From an uncultured virus (IMG/VR IMGVR_UViG_3300036770_002685) (Duplodnaviria > Heunggongvirae > Uroviricota > Caudoviricetes): DNA of 64,000 bases. Below the pieces are notes generated by a model, which saw only the letters and a list, made by a program, of their open reading frames with translations, had not been told where the DNA came from and did not search any database. The stretch lies in IMG/VR virus record IMGVR_UViG_3300036770_002685, one strand, 5' to 3'. Positions 1 to 8,119 of the stretch are shown piece by piece; positions within the stretch are counted from its first letter, which is position 1, and every line of letters begins with the position of its first letter. A program made the translations under genes and the position numbers.

Positions 1-1
1 C

Positions 2-280
2 GTGGTGGAATACGGGCGGCAGGTGAAGCGAGCGTTCACTTACAAGGGATTGAACCGTTTGATTCAGGGCTCGGCGGCGGATCAGACGAAGGCGGCGATG
101 ATCGCGCTCCACAAAGCGGGCTTTAACCTCCTACTTCAGGTGCATGACGAAGTGGCAATGTCGGTCAAGAGCAAGGACGAGGCCTTGGAAGCGGCGCGCG
201 TCATGGAAGGCGCGGTTAATTTATCGGTCCCCAGCCGAGTGGACGTAGAAATTGGACGTTCTTGGGGCGAAGCAGTATGA
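2..280 (+). CDS. polA: DNA polymerase family A, C-terminal fragment (continues the gene at the window end)
   Basis: NRLIQGSAAD and motif C LLLQVHDEV; ORF is open at the window start. Confidence 0.93.
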   Translation: MVEYGRQVKRAFTYKGLNRLIQGSAADQTKAAMIALHKAGFNLLLQVHDEVAMSVKSKDEALEAARVMEGAVNLSVPSRVDVEIGRSWGEAV

Positions 281-327
281 TTCATGCGGGGGTTTTGTGT
301 TTTTCCCCCCTTTCTCCTATGTTGGTT

Positions 328-358
328 GGGGCCTACCTCGTGTGGGCCCCTTTTTTTT
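328..358 (+). terminator. Rho-independent terminator after the polymerase gene
   Basis: GGGGCCTAC-CTCGT-GTGGGCCCC hairpin followed by T8. Confidence 0.8.
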
Positions 359-370
359 CATAAATTCCGC

Positions 371-398
371 TTGTAAAGTTTCACGGATGTCGTATATT
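371..398 (+). promoter_or_regulatory. Putative sigma70-type promoter for the small-gene cluster
   Basis: TTGTAA-N16-TATATT, then AGGAGA RBS before ATG 422. Confidence 0.5.
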
Positions 399-421
399 AT
401 ACAGCCAAGAAAGGAGAAAGC

Positions 422-781
422 ATGGAATATAAGCCCAAGCGTGTAGGTCGGCCTAACGTTCGCAAGAAGAAATACCGGCGTGGCAGACCTAAAAAACGCA
501 AGTATCCCGGCCCCGGATCAGCGTTGCGCAAGACGCAATACAAAGTCTTGAACTTAACGCTGCTTACGCATCAGATGCTCAAGGAGCTATCGGCGTACTA
601 CAAGGTTTCAATGCGGCACTTCATCCACAAGATTATCGAAGCGGCATTTAATAAAGTACTGATTGAGGTCGAACAAAAGCACAAAGAAGAAACAGAAGCC
701 TACGAACTGTACAAAGCAGAAGCCAGAAGGCGCAGACTGGAGAGAGAAAAAAATGCAATCGAAAACCAACATCAACCTTGA
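422..781 (+). CDS. Basic putative DNA-binding protein
   Basis: Strong RBS; Lys/Arg-rich N-terminus with AT-hook-like RRGRPKK. Confidence 0.6.
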   Translation: MEYKPKRVGRPNVRKKKYRRGRPKKRKYPGPGSALRKTQYKVLNLTLLTHQMLKELSAYYKVSMRHFIHKIIEAAFNKVLIEVEQKHKEETEAYELYKAEARRRRLEREKNAIENQHQP

Positions 782-1016
782 AGTGGACGTCGAGTACGAC
801 ATCCTCGATCCGCTCGACGGCCCCGACATTCCGTTACAGATCGACATCACTGGCGTGTTCGTCAAGATTCCCTCTTCACAGAACAAAGCACGTCGCGTTA
901 ATATCCTTGCGGCACTTTCTGAATCAGAGATAATTGCCGTTGAGGACGACATCCTCACCCCGGAGTTCATCGACAACTACTTTCGCGTCAAGGCATGGAG
1001 GAGTTCACATGAATAA
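753..1016 (+). CDS. Hypothetical protein
   Basis: ATG 753 with a purine-rich RBS; packed against neighbouring genes. Confidence 0.6.
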   Translation: MQSKTNINLEVDVEYDILDPLDGPDIPLQIDITGVFVKIPSSQNKARRVNILAALSESEIIAVEDDILTPEFIDNYFRVKAWRSSHE

Positions 1017-1233
1017 TTCAGTGCATACCGTCGAATACTGGCAACGCCTCTCCGAGCGCTATCGCCGCCAACGTGACATGGCCGTGCGGGAAATTCAGCT
1101 TCTGCAAAAACAACTCTACATTGCCACCGGCTGCGCACAAGACGGTAACGATTACCTGCGCCAGATTCGCGCAACCCAATCACGGCCCACGATCAAACAA
1201 CGCATCAAAAATCTTCTCGGAGCATTGACATGA
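1009..1233 (+). CDS. Hypothetical protein
   Basis: GGAG RBS and ATG 1009; ATGA overlap with the next gene. Confidence 0.6.
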   Translation: MNNSVHTVEYWQRLSERYRRQRDMAVREIQLLQKQLYIATGCAQDGNDYLRQIRATQSRPTIKQRIKNLLGALT

Positions 1234-1454
1234 GACTGACTGAACTACTACGCGACGTAGGACAAAACCTCGAAGACCATAACAACGACACCATCTCGAG
1301 TCTTCTTCTCACCGCTGCCGATGCCCTTGAGAACAACAATATCTACAAGCTAAAGTGGGCAGAACTAGGAGAACAATACGCAACACTGGAGAAAGCGCAT
1401 GAAACCGTACTGGCTGAACTCAAGACCCTCAGGAACGAACAAGATGAACTTTGA
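1230..1454 (+). CDS. Hypothetical coiled-coil protein
   Basis: Translationally coupled ORF. Confidence 0.6.
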   Translation: MRLTELLRDVGQNLEDHNNDTISSLLLTAADALENNNIYKLKWAELGEQYATLEKAHETVLAELKTLRNEQDEL

Positions 1455-1650
1455 AAATTTCTTCGACACCAAGCAAGTCGTGCCATGGGCCAAGCGCATC
1501 TGGTCCTTCTCCTTCTGGCCGCTACTTGCCCTTTTAATCGGCCTCTACATCGGGGCCAGTAATAGCGAATCACGGATCATGAGCGACTGCAAATACGCCA
1601 TGACCTTTCGCGTCGATCACCAAGCCTTCGCCTGCCAAAGGAAAATCTAA
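1444..1650 (+). CDS. Small membrane protein
   Basis: One hydrophobic segment (FWPLLALLIGLYIG); TAATG coupling to the next gene. Confidence 0.6.
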   Translation: MNFENFFDTKQVVPWAKRIWSFSFWPLLALLIGLYIGASNSESRIMSDCKYAMTFRVDHQAFACQRKI

Positions 1651-1892
1651 TGCCACGCGCACATACTGACTCACACCGCCTTCTCGACGCCGTCAAGGTC
1701 TACCTTGACCTCGAAAGAGACATGGAACTGGCCGAAGCACTCAAGGTCCAGCCCTCCTGCATTAGCAAAATACGACGCGGCACCAACAAGATCAGCGCAC
1801 TCGTTCTTCTGCGCATCCACTTGGTGACCGATGTCCCCATACAAGAACTCGTCAAATACTGTCGAAAAGACGAGTTCGATTTCAAAGTCTGA
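1650..1892 (+). CDS. XRE/Cro-like HTH protein
   Basis: DMELAEALKVQPSCISKIRRG helix-turn-helix pattern. Confidence 0.75.
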   Translation: MPRAHTDSHRLLDAVKVYLDLERDMELAEALKVQPSCISKIRRGTNKISALVLLRIHLVTDVPIQELVKYCRKDEFDFKV

Positions 1893-1915
1893 CCCACCCT
1901 AGAAAGGAGAAAGCC

Positions 1916-2089
1916 ATGGAAAACAAAATAGGACAGTTCGCCGCCGATCTGATGCTCATGGAACAACAGATCGAGGTGCTCAATAGCTACCTGCAAACCC
2001 TCGCCGAGCGCGAGCGTCGCATGAAGTCCTTGCAAATCGAAATCGATCTACTGCGCAACACCCTCGACGAACTCCGGAGACACGCATGA
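1916..2089 (+). CDS. Hypothetical coiled-coil protein (57 aa, not in the ORF track)
   Basis: AGGAGA RBS; MENKIGQF...RRHA; ATGA overlap with 2086. Confidence 0.65.
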   Translation: MENKIGQFAADLMLMEQQIEVLNSYLQTLAERERRMKSLQIEIDLLRNTLDELRRHA

Positions 2090-2331
2090 ACGCCAATATC
2101 CTCGTTATGGCTAAAGAATCAGGGATCACGGCTCACGAGCCCGTCAGTGATGAAGCCCTCGCCGACTTTGCTGATCGCGTCTCCGGGCACGCCTTCACAC
2201 GTTGTTGCGACGTATTGATGGAAATGCACGAACGCGACAAAGAAAGACATAACTACTACTACCACGCGGTTGTCGTACTAAAGATGGTGTGGCGAGATAA
2301 ACCGAGCACGGATCATGGATCAGGGGCCTAA
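2086..2331 (+). CDS. Hypothetical protein
   Basis: Coupled ORF in the operon. Confidence 0.6.
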   Translation: MNANILVMAKESGITAHEPVSDEALADFADRVSGHAFTRCCDVLMEMHERDKERHNYYYHAVVVLKMVWRDKPSTDHGSGA

Positions 2332-2485
2332 GTTGCGGTTTTGCACAAGCTGCCAAGCGTCTCGAGATGCCACGACAGGAGAGATGCGTGTCAAACCCAA
2401 GGCACGACGCTGGGTATGCCGCGTGTGCCTAGAGCGTAAGGCAGAGAGTATCTATCGCAACCTGAACAAGGAGAAAAGACCATGA
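2315..2485 (+). CDS. Small zinc-finger protein (56 aa, not in the ORF track)
   Basis: CTSC...CRVC cysteine pairs; ATGA overlap with 2482. Confidence 0.6.
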   Translation: MDQGPKLRFCTSCQASRDATTGEMRVKPKARRWVCRVCLERKAESIYRNLNKEKRP

Positions 2486-2763
2486 ACAAACTTATTTTTT
2501 GCATGTTGTTTTTATGCGGTTCCGCTCATGCAGCAGAGTGGTGGGAAGCGCCAACCAAAGCCGGAGGGAAGATTGTCCTAACGCTTGAGAAGACAGATTG
2601 GTGCGGCAAGAACCTGTTTGTTGCGTACATAGAAACCAGTCAGCAAGACGCTATCTATGGATGCTGGGCGGGCATTAATGAGCGCATTCACATTCGGTTC
2701 AACGATGGCACCAGAAAAATCTACGACAAAGATGGCTGGGAGTACAAAAATGACCAGAGATGA
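2482..2763 (+). CDS. Exported hypothetical protein
   Basis: Signal peptide MNKLIFCMLFLCGSAHA; AGGAG RBS. Confidence 0.7.
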   Translation: MNKLIFCMLFLCGSAHAAEWWEAPTKAGGKIVLTLEKTDWCGKNLFVAYIETSQQDAIYGCWAGINERIHIRFNDGTRKIYDKDGWEYKNDQR

Positions 2764-2959
2764 CATTACCCGTATTGCGGAGCAAACCAAAAAATATGCG
2801 AAGGTTGATCAGATGGGAATAGTGGCCGTCTTGTCAGAAGACGTAGGCGGCATGACTTACGTGGCGCGGTGGGTAAGGACAGATTTGATTCAAGACTTTC
2901 CTGAAGGCGCGACGTGGGCTGAGATGACAGGGGTGCGCCGTGATAAAGGAGAAGAATAG
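2750..2959 (+). CDS. Hypothetical protein
   Basis: GGGAG RBS and ATG 2750; fills the gap in the operon. Confidence 0.5.
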   Translation: MTRDDITRIAEQTKKYAKVDQMGIVAVLSEDVGGMTYVARWVRTDLIQDFPEGATWAEMTGVRRDKGEE

Positions 2960-3244
2960 TTGAGCATTGAACTGACAAAAGATGAAGCAGAGGAACTGCT
3001 CGGCATGTTGAAGATGATGTACACGAATCACCCATTGACCAAAGTGATCAGCGCGCGATTAGCCGGTGAGCCGTTGATCGAGTTTCCAAAGGAAGCGCCC
3101 CCGGTTGAAGGACCACCGCCCACGCGGCAGTGGAAGGCCCTGTCCTCCGCCGAGATCAAGGCCCTATGGAATGCTACAAAAAAGCCATCGGAATTTGCAC
3201 TTCTGCTCGTGGCAAAACTAAAGGAGAAGAACGATGTACGGTGA
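2960..3244 (+). CDS. Hypothetical protein
   Basis: TTG start after AAGGAG; C-terminal WxxLSxxEI...KLKEKN motif shared with 3443..3967. Confidence 0.65.
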   Translation: MSIELTKDEAEELLGMLKMMYTNHPLTKVISARLAGEPLIEFPKEAPPVEGPPPTRQWKALSSAEIKALWNATKKPSEFALLLVAKLKEKNDVR

Positions 3245-3446
3245 ATACTTCTGGACTGAGCTCACCTACGAGCGGCATAGCTACGTCGCGCCGTCCGGTG
3301 AGATTCTGATTCACGTCAACTACGACGGCCCGTCCCGCACCTATCGCGTCGAGGACAAGGAATTCATCAACCTCGAATCGGCCAAGACCTTTGCGATTGC
3401 CGCCTTAAAGCGCACCGGCAAAATACCTGAGGAGGAAGACGAATGA
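3234..3446 (+). CDS. Hypothetical protein
   Basis: AAGGAG RBS; coupled ORF. Confidence 0.65.
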   Translation: MYGEYFWTELTYERHSYVAPSGEILIHVNYDGPSRTYRVEDKEFINLESAKTFAIAALKRTGKIPEEEDE

Positions 3447-3967
3447 GAAAGGCCAAGATCGTTTCCTTGACGGATAACCAACGACTGCTTTGTGCCAAAT
3501 TTGGCTTGACGGATAGCCAACGACTGCTTTGTGCCAAACTTGGCCTGACTGAGGATCAATACCTTCAAGCCTTAATGGAACACGAAGAGAGACAAAAATC
3601 CTTAAAGACAAAGCCGTTTAACGCCTGTGATAAACGCTTTCTTGATTGGTTTTCCAAAGCGTATTCCGAGTTACCTGAAGATGAGGATTTCCTCCTCTCG
3701 AGTGGGCTCATGTATAAAACATGGACCGCCTGTTGGCGTAGGGCCTATGCCGTAGGTTATGCAGAAAGAAAGAAGGCTGAAAATACGCTTCGGCAAAAAA
3801 GGGTTAAAGACCCCTCGCGTTCGCCTCCCTTAAAACGCGAATGGCTGTATCTGACAGACGAGGAAATCCGGGGCTTCTGCGATATGGCAGGTGTTGAACA
3901 TACGTCGCTTTCTTTTTACCGAGTTGTACAAGCCATTGAGACTTGTTTGCGTAGGAAAAACCCATGA
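3443..3967 (+). CDS. Hypothetical protein with a duplicated N-terminal helical motif
   Basis: GGAGG RBS; LTDNQRLLCAKFG/LTDSQRLLCAKLG tandem. Confidence 0.65.
   Translation: MRKAKIVSLTDNQRLLCAKFGLTDSQRLLCAKLGLTEDQYLQALMEHEERQKSLKTKPFNACDKRFLDWFSKAYSELPEDEDFLLSSGLMYKTWTACWRRAYAVGYAERKKAENTLRQKRVKDPSRSPPLKREWLYLTDEEIRGFCDMAGVEHTSLSFYRVVQAIETCLRRKNP
3467..3544 (+). repeat. In-frame tandem duplication, 2 x 39 bp
   Basis: TTGACGGATA(A/G)CCAACGACTGCTTTGTGCCAAA(T/C)TTGGC twice, with 2 mismatches. Confidence 0.95.
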
Positions 3968-4233
3968 GCCTCTACATCAAATACGCCCACTACTGCGACT
4001 TCTGCGGTAGCCTGATCCACAAGGAATCCTTCGTCATCATGCAAGGACCGGGGTCCGAGGCCCCCGAACCACGGCCCAATAACTTCAGAACCGGGACGCA
4101 CAACTGGGACCTGTGCGCAACCTGCGTCAAGCCGCTGCGCGCGACCTTGGACAATTCCATCTCAGTGCTGCGCGAACGCGGGGAATTGAAGACCATTACC
4201 CACCCCACCCAAGTGGAAGGAGACGCGCCATGA
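3964..4233 (+). CDS. Zinc-binding hypothetical protein
   Basis: CDFC...CATC motif. Confidence 0.6.
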   Translation: MSLYIKYAHYCDFCGSLIHKESFVIMQGPGSEAPEPRPNNFRTGTHNWDLCATCVKPLRATLDNSISVLRERGELKTITHPTQVEGDAP

Positions 4234-4364
4234 ACGAGGATCAAGACAAAGAACGGCCCCTGTGGACCGAGGATAACCAACCCGATAACTTCATGGAGGA
4301 CATCATGACCGTCATACTCGTTGCCGCCTTCTCCGGCATGTTGATCGCCGTCCTTCTGACCTGA
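4230..4364 (+). CDS. Small membrane protein
   Basis: AAGGAG RBS; C-terminal transmembrane segment. Confidence 0.5.
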   Translation: MNEDQDKERPLWTEDNQPDNFMEDIMTVILVAAFSGMLIAVLLT

Positions 4365-4366
4365 TC

Positions 4367-4498
4367 ATGGACCACTACGCACTGCTCTTGGTCATCTCCG
4401 GCATCTTAATCGGGGCCGGGGCCGTGATCGCCCTCGTCACCCTCGTCTTTCTCTTCTGGGCAGGATTCGGCCATGATGAGACGATTAACAAAAAGTAA
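4367..4498 (+). CDS. Small membrane protein (43 aa, not in the ORF track)
   Basis: MDHYALLLVISGILIGAGAVIALVTLVFLFWAG hydrophobic helix. Confidence 0.45.
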   Translation: MDHYALLLVISGILIGAGAVIALVTLVFLFWAGFGHDETINKK

Positions 4499-4511
4499 AA
4501 GGGGACAGACC

Positions 4512-4766
4512 ATGCAACGACAACCCCACGCCCTGTTGGACGCGTTAATGCTGATCTACGGCATCCAAACCGATAACTCGCTCGCCGATAAGCTGGCAAT
4601 ATCCACGGGTAGCGTCTCACGGATTAGAAAAGGCACCCAAAGCATCTCCCCGGCCCTAATCCTCGCCATCTACGAACGCGCAGGCCTGTCGATCGACAAT
4701 ATCAAAAATTTAATACAAGAAGACAAGGAACGGCGCGCCCGCCGAGTAAATGACCATGATCAGTAA
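4512..4766 (+). CDS. XRE/Cro-like HTH protein, paralog of 1650..1892
   Basis: HALLDAL...DNSLADKLAISTGSVSRIRKG. Confidence 0.75.
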   Translation: MQRQPHALLDALMLIYGIQTDNSLADKLAISTGSVSRIRKGTQSISPALILAIYERAGLSIDNIKNLIQEDKERRARRVNDHDQ

Positions 4767-4995
4767 AACCGCCCACCTCTTCGCCTATACCTTTGTTGCC
4801 TTATGCTGTTTCACAGCGGGTTATGTTATTGACAAGTCCCACGCCGATGATGACATGGTCACCGAGGCCTACGCCCTCGGTAGACAAACCGGCTACGCCG
4901 AGGCACAAAAGAATGGCGCGTGTATTCGGTGGTGGACAGGGACCTCAGCGGACGATATGCGGGCTGCTAAGCGTTTATTTTGTCGGGGGAGGTAG
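4750..4995 (+). CDS. Hypothetical membrane-anchored protein
   Basis: N-terminal hydrophobic segment. Confidence 0.55.
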   Translation: MTMISKTAHLFAYTFVALCCFTAGYVIDKSHADDDMVTEAYALGRQTGYAEAQKNGACIRWWTGTSADDMRAAKRLFCRGR

Positions 4996-5253
4996 GTGGG
5001 TATGGATAAGGACAAAGAATTGGATACGGCGCTTTCTGAGGCGTTACAGCGGTTGTTGTTTAGAGGACAAGGGTCCACGGTTCAGGTGATGTACGTCACA
5101 CTCGCCGACGGACGACAGCATATTTTCTTGGGCTCCCCACTGGCAGAAGAGGATTACGAACAAATTGTGGACTTCGTACTCGGCGAGACCATCGATCCTG
5201 TTGTGTTTTCGGCAATGGCGGCGGTGTTGGGTGGGCAGATTGTTGCTCATTGA
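4996..5253 (+). CDS. Hypothetical protein
   Basis: GGAGG RBS; GTG start. Confidence 0.55.
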   Translation: MGMDKDKELDTALSEALQRLLFRGQGSTVQVMYVTLADGRQHIFLGSPLAEEDYEQIVDFVLGETIDPVVFSAMAAVLGGQIVAH

Positions 5254-5345
5254 GCATGGTTGTTGTTACATTGATCATGGGTGTTGTTTAAATGAGTATG
5301 GATGTTGTGTAAAAGACCACGGGTATTGTTTAATTGACCACGGAT
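5250..5345 (+). repeat. Degenerate 21-bp tandem repeats (about 4.5 copies), iteron-like
   Basis: TTGAGCATGGTTGTTGTTACA / TTGATCATGGGTGTTGTTTAA / ATGAGTATGGATGTTGTGTAA / AAGACCACGGGTATTGTTTAA / TTGACCACGG. Confidence 0.85.
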
Positions 5346-5626
5346 CAAGGGGCAGAGTTGGCAAAAAGGGAATGAACGGGGCTTTCGGTGGAACTCTATA
5401 GACATTTTCCAGCCACAATTTTTTTTGATTTTTTTTTTCACCAAAAATGACGTAATTGACGTAATACCGTAAGAACGTAGTGTTTATGCGGGTGTCACAT
5501 CACTGTTGTTATAGAGGTAACTGTATAGGTGTAAGCGTATATAGGAAATTTACGGGGTGCGCGCGCGGAAGAAATTTTTTGTTTTTTTTTTTTTTTTGGC
5601 TGGAAAATATATATAGGAGAGGCTTG

Positions 5627-6451
5627 ATGACAAAAAGGAAAGTGGAGACCCGGAAGATGGTCCCGATGCCCAGTTTGCCCGAGGACGTGCTGGAAAGGGT
5701 TGCTAAAACGCCAAGAATGAAAGGGAAGAAGGAAGTCTTGCTCACGCCGAAGGAATGGGCCTTTGTTCAGGAGTACGTCACACGCGACGGGACCATGACG
5801 CGCACGGAGGCGGCTATCCGAGCAGGGTACACGCCTAACGCGGCCCGTGAGGCGATCACGCGGCTCTTGGACCCGGCCCGCAGTCCGCACGTCGTTGCAG
5901 CGGTTAACGAACTCCGGGCTGAATTGGCGGAGAAATATGGGACGAACTTCGAAAGGCACATGCGGGACCTCCAGACGATCCGTGACAAGGCGATCGAGGC
6001 CGGGGCATGGTCTGCTGCTGTACAGGCTGAATATCGCCGTGGACAGGCTCTAGGGACCATCTACGTCGATCGCAAGGAAGTTCGGATTGGCACGATCGAT
6101 TCCATGAGCAAAGAAGAAGTGATGAAAAAGCTGGAAGAGATTAAGAAAATCTATGGCGGACCGCCGCCTTCTGCGATTTTGGAAATGGAATCCCGCGTTG
6201 TCGAAGAAGAAACTATTCCCGTCGAGCCCGAAGTAGAGTTTAATCCGGGGGAACTGTTGGATTTGACGGCGGTAGGGGAGGACCGCGCTTTTGCCCATAT
6301 CAAAAGAACAGCGACTTTTCGCCAGATTAAAGCGGAACTGGACGCAAGTACATCTGACGAGGATAGAGACGAGGGTGAACTTGGGGATTCCGGACCTGAT
6401 GGTGGCGCTCCCGAACTCGCATTTCGTTCTAATCGAGTTGAAGGTAGTTAG
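5627..6451 (+). CDS. terS: Terminase small subunit
   Basis: LTPKEWAFVQEYV...TEAAIRAGY HTH typical of small terminases; AGGAGAGG RBS before ATG 5627. Confidence 0.8.
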   Translation: MTKRKVETRKMVPMPSLPEDVLERVAKTPRMKGKKEVLLTPKEWAFVQEYVTRDGTMTRTEAAIRAGYTPNAAREAITRLLDPARSPHVVAAVNELRAELAEKYGTNFERHMRDLQTIRDKAIEAGAWSAAVQAEYRRGQALGTIYVDRKEVRIGTIDSMSKEEVMKKLEEIKKIYGGPPPSAILEMESRVVEEETIPVEPEVEFNPGELLDLTAVGEDRAFAHIKRTATFRQIKAELDASTSDEDRDEGELGDSGPDGGAPELAFRSNRVEGS

Positions 6452-6713
6452 CGCGGGCCTGAAAATTAATCTGAGTCCGCATCAATACGCGTTTCATATC
6501 AAACACGCGGCGCTCGGGTGCCCGACGTTCGTCGTGGTGGAAGTAAACACCAAAGTGCGGGCCCCGGAGCTTTTACTATTCTCAGGCGCGCAAGTGGCCG
6601 ATGTTGCCAAGCGGGGCATTTTGGCGGATTGTGTCGCTCGGTGGCCGTTAGCGGCGATTGATTGGACAGAATTTCATCAGAAGGTCTTGCAAATGCCGGA
6701 AAGGGTGCTATAG
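6291..6713 (+). CDS. PD-(D/E)XK nuclease (VRR-NUC/Holliday junction resolvase-like)
   Basis: RIE...GIPDL...LIELKV...LSPHQ; GGAGG before the TTG start. Confidence 0.8.
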   Translation: MPISKEQRLFARLKRNWTQVHLTRIETRVNLGIPDLMVALPNSHFVLIELKVVSAGLKINLSPHQYAFHIKHAALGCPTFVVVEVNTKVRAPELLLFSGAQVADVAKRGILADCVARWPLAAIDWTEFHQKVLQMPERVL

Positions 6714-6755
6714 TTTCCGGACGGGCATGTGCCCGGACTATACAGAGAGAGCAAA
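6687..6755 (+). promoter_or_regulatory. Early promoter/leader, copy 1
   Basis: TTGCAA-N16-TATAGT, TTCCGG, CGGGCA/TGCCCG hairpin, TATACAGAGAGA. Confidence 0.7.
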
Positions 6756-6956
6756 ATGGAAAAGACAAAGTTAACCCGTAGCGACGCGGCGATACAGTTA
6801 ATCGCTTTCGCGGACGAAAAAATGGACTTGACTGATCAGGAAGCGGCGGTTGCGTTCGCGTTGGCCGCTTGTTTTTTGGCCGGGGGAAATGCAGAAAATA
6901 TTCTGTCAATTATTCGCTTCGTGTTCGCTACGACGGACGTGATGCGCGAGCCATGA
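6756..6956 (+). CDS. Hypothetical early protein
   Basis: ATG directly after the leader motif. Confidence 0.6.
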   Translation: MEKTKLTRSDAAIQLIAFADEKMDLTDQEAAVAFALAACFLAGGNAENILSIIRFVFATTDVMREP

Positions 6957-7126
6957 TGCGCGAGCGCGAAATCTTACGGGAATGGGCCAAAAGCGAGCGA
7001 TTAAAAAACCTTCAAAAAATGCAACAACGCGAAGCGGAGCGCAATTTACGCGGTTCCGTTTTTCGCGTCGCGCGCATGCTTGTCTTGCACAATTTGATTG
7101 AGTCGCTGTTTGGCCGTAAAAAATAA
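6953..7126 (+). CDS. Hypothetical early protein
   Basis: ATGA coupling. Confidence 0.5.
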   Translation: MMREREILREWAKSERLKNLQKMQQREAERNLRGSVFRVARMLVLHNLIESLFGRKK

Positions 7127-7139
7127 TTTGATTTTTTAC

Positions 7140-7209
7140 TTGACAGGCGGATTTTATCGACTAAAATTCTACTTGCGCGGGATCGACGCGCCTATACAGG
7201 GAGAAAATT
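7140..7209 (+). promoter_or_regulatory. Early promoter/leader, copy 2
   Basis: TTGACA-N16-TAAAAT, GCGCG/CGCGC hairpin, TATACAGGGAGA. Confidence 0.8.
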
Positions 7210-7899
7210 TTGAAAACCGTACACTTGACAATCAAGAGCTCGAATAAAAAAACCGGCCCTATCCCGGTTTCCACTACTAGCGCACTATCTTGCCCTGATT
7301 CTTGCCCGCTTAAGAAAAACGGGTGCTATGCGGACGGCGGGCCGCTTGCGTTGCATTGGCGCGCTGTTACTGAGGGCGAGCGCGGCATGCAGTGGGCCGA
7401 ATTTTGCGACGCTATCGACGCGCTCCCGGCGGGGCAATTGTGGCGGCATAATCAGGCGGGCGATTTACCGGGGTTGAATGAAACAATCAACCCGGACGCG
7501 CTCCGCATGCTAACCCGGGCCAATGCGGGAAAACGTGGATTCACTTATACGCATAAACCGCTCACCCGTGAAAACGCGGCGCTCATTCGCGAAGCGAACA
7601 AAGCCGGATTTACTGTCAATCTATCAGCGAATTCGCTCGCGCATGCGGACGAGCTCGCGGACGCGGACGCGGGCCCTGTGGTAGCGATTTTACCGGCCAA
7701 TGCGGGCGCTAAAAATTTCACTCCGGCGGGCCGTCCCGTCATTACTTGCCCCGCGCAAACCCGGGACGATATATCGTGCGCGGATTGTCAATTGTGCGCG
7801 CGGGCCGATCGTCCGACAATTGTCGGGTTTTTGGCCCATGGTAGCGGCGCGAAGCGGGCCGAAAAAATTAGTTTGAATTTCCAGAAAATGGCCCTATAA
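7210..7899 (+). CDS. Cys-rich Gp88-like protein (possible Fe-S / radical-SAM-like fold)
   Basis: CPDSCPLKKNGCYA, HNQAGDL, YTH and CPAQ...CADCQLC motifs. Confidence 0.6.
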   Translation: MKTVHLTIKSSNKKTGPIPVSTTSALSCPDSCPLKKNGCYADGGPLALHWRAVTEGERGMQWAEFCDAIDALPAGQLWRHNQAGDLPGLNETINPDALRMLTRANAGKRGFTYTHKPLTRENAALIREANKAGFTVNLSANSLAHADELADADAGPVVAILPANAGAKNFTPAGRPVITCPAQTRDDISCADCQLCARADRPTIVGFLAHGSGAKRAEKISLNFQKMAL

Positions 7900-7942
7900 T
7901 TTCCGGGCGGGCATTCCGCCCGCTTTATACAGGGAGAAAAAA
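7873..7942 (+). promoter_or_regulatory. Early promoter/leader, copy 3
   Basis: TTGAAT-N16-TATAAT, TTCCGGGCGGGCA hairpin, TATACAGGGAGA. Confidence 0.8.
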
Positions 7943-8119
7943 ATGCGTGATTCTGAATTAGTCCCGGTAGTAAATCCGGAAAAACTCGGCGCGGAGATTG
8001 CCCACTTTTGCAAGTGGGACGGCCAAGCGATAACAGAAGCTTTTCTCGCGGCGCTCACGGACGCGAATTTTCACGCGTTCGCGGCGAAGGTTTCGGCATT
8101 GTGGGAGGGCGAAAAATGA
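7943..8119 (+). CDS. Hypothetical early protein (58 aa, not in the ORF track)
   Basis: MRDSELVP...WEGEK after the leader; ATGA overlap with 8116. Confidence 0.7.
   Translation: MRDSELVPVVNPEKLGAEIAHFCKWDGQAITEAFLAALTDANFHAFAAKVSALWEGEK

Noticed and set aside
3467..3544. Mini-CRISPR or att site
   Set aside because: In-frame tandem coding duplication with no spacer; no integrase in the window
5250..5345. CRISPR array
   Set aside because: Repeats are contiguous and degenerate with no spacers; no cas operon seen
5480..5626. N-terminal extension of TerS in the ORF track
   Set aside because: Runs through a poly-T tract (FFFFF); the RBS supports ATG 5627
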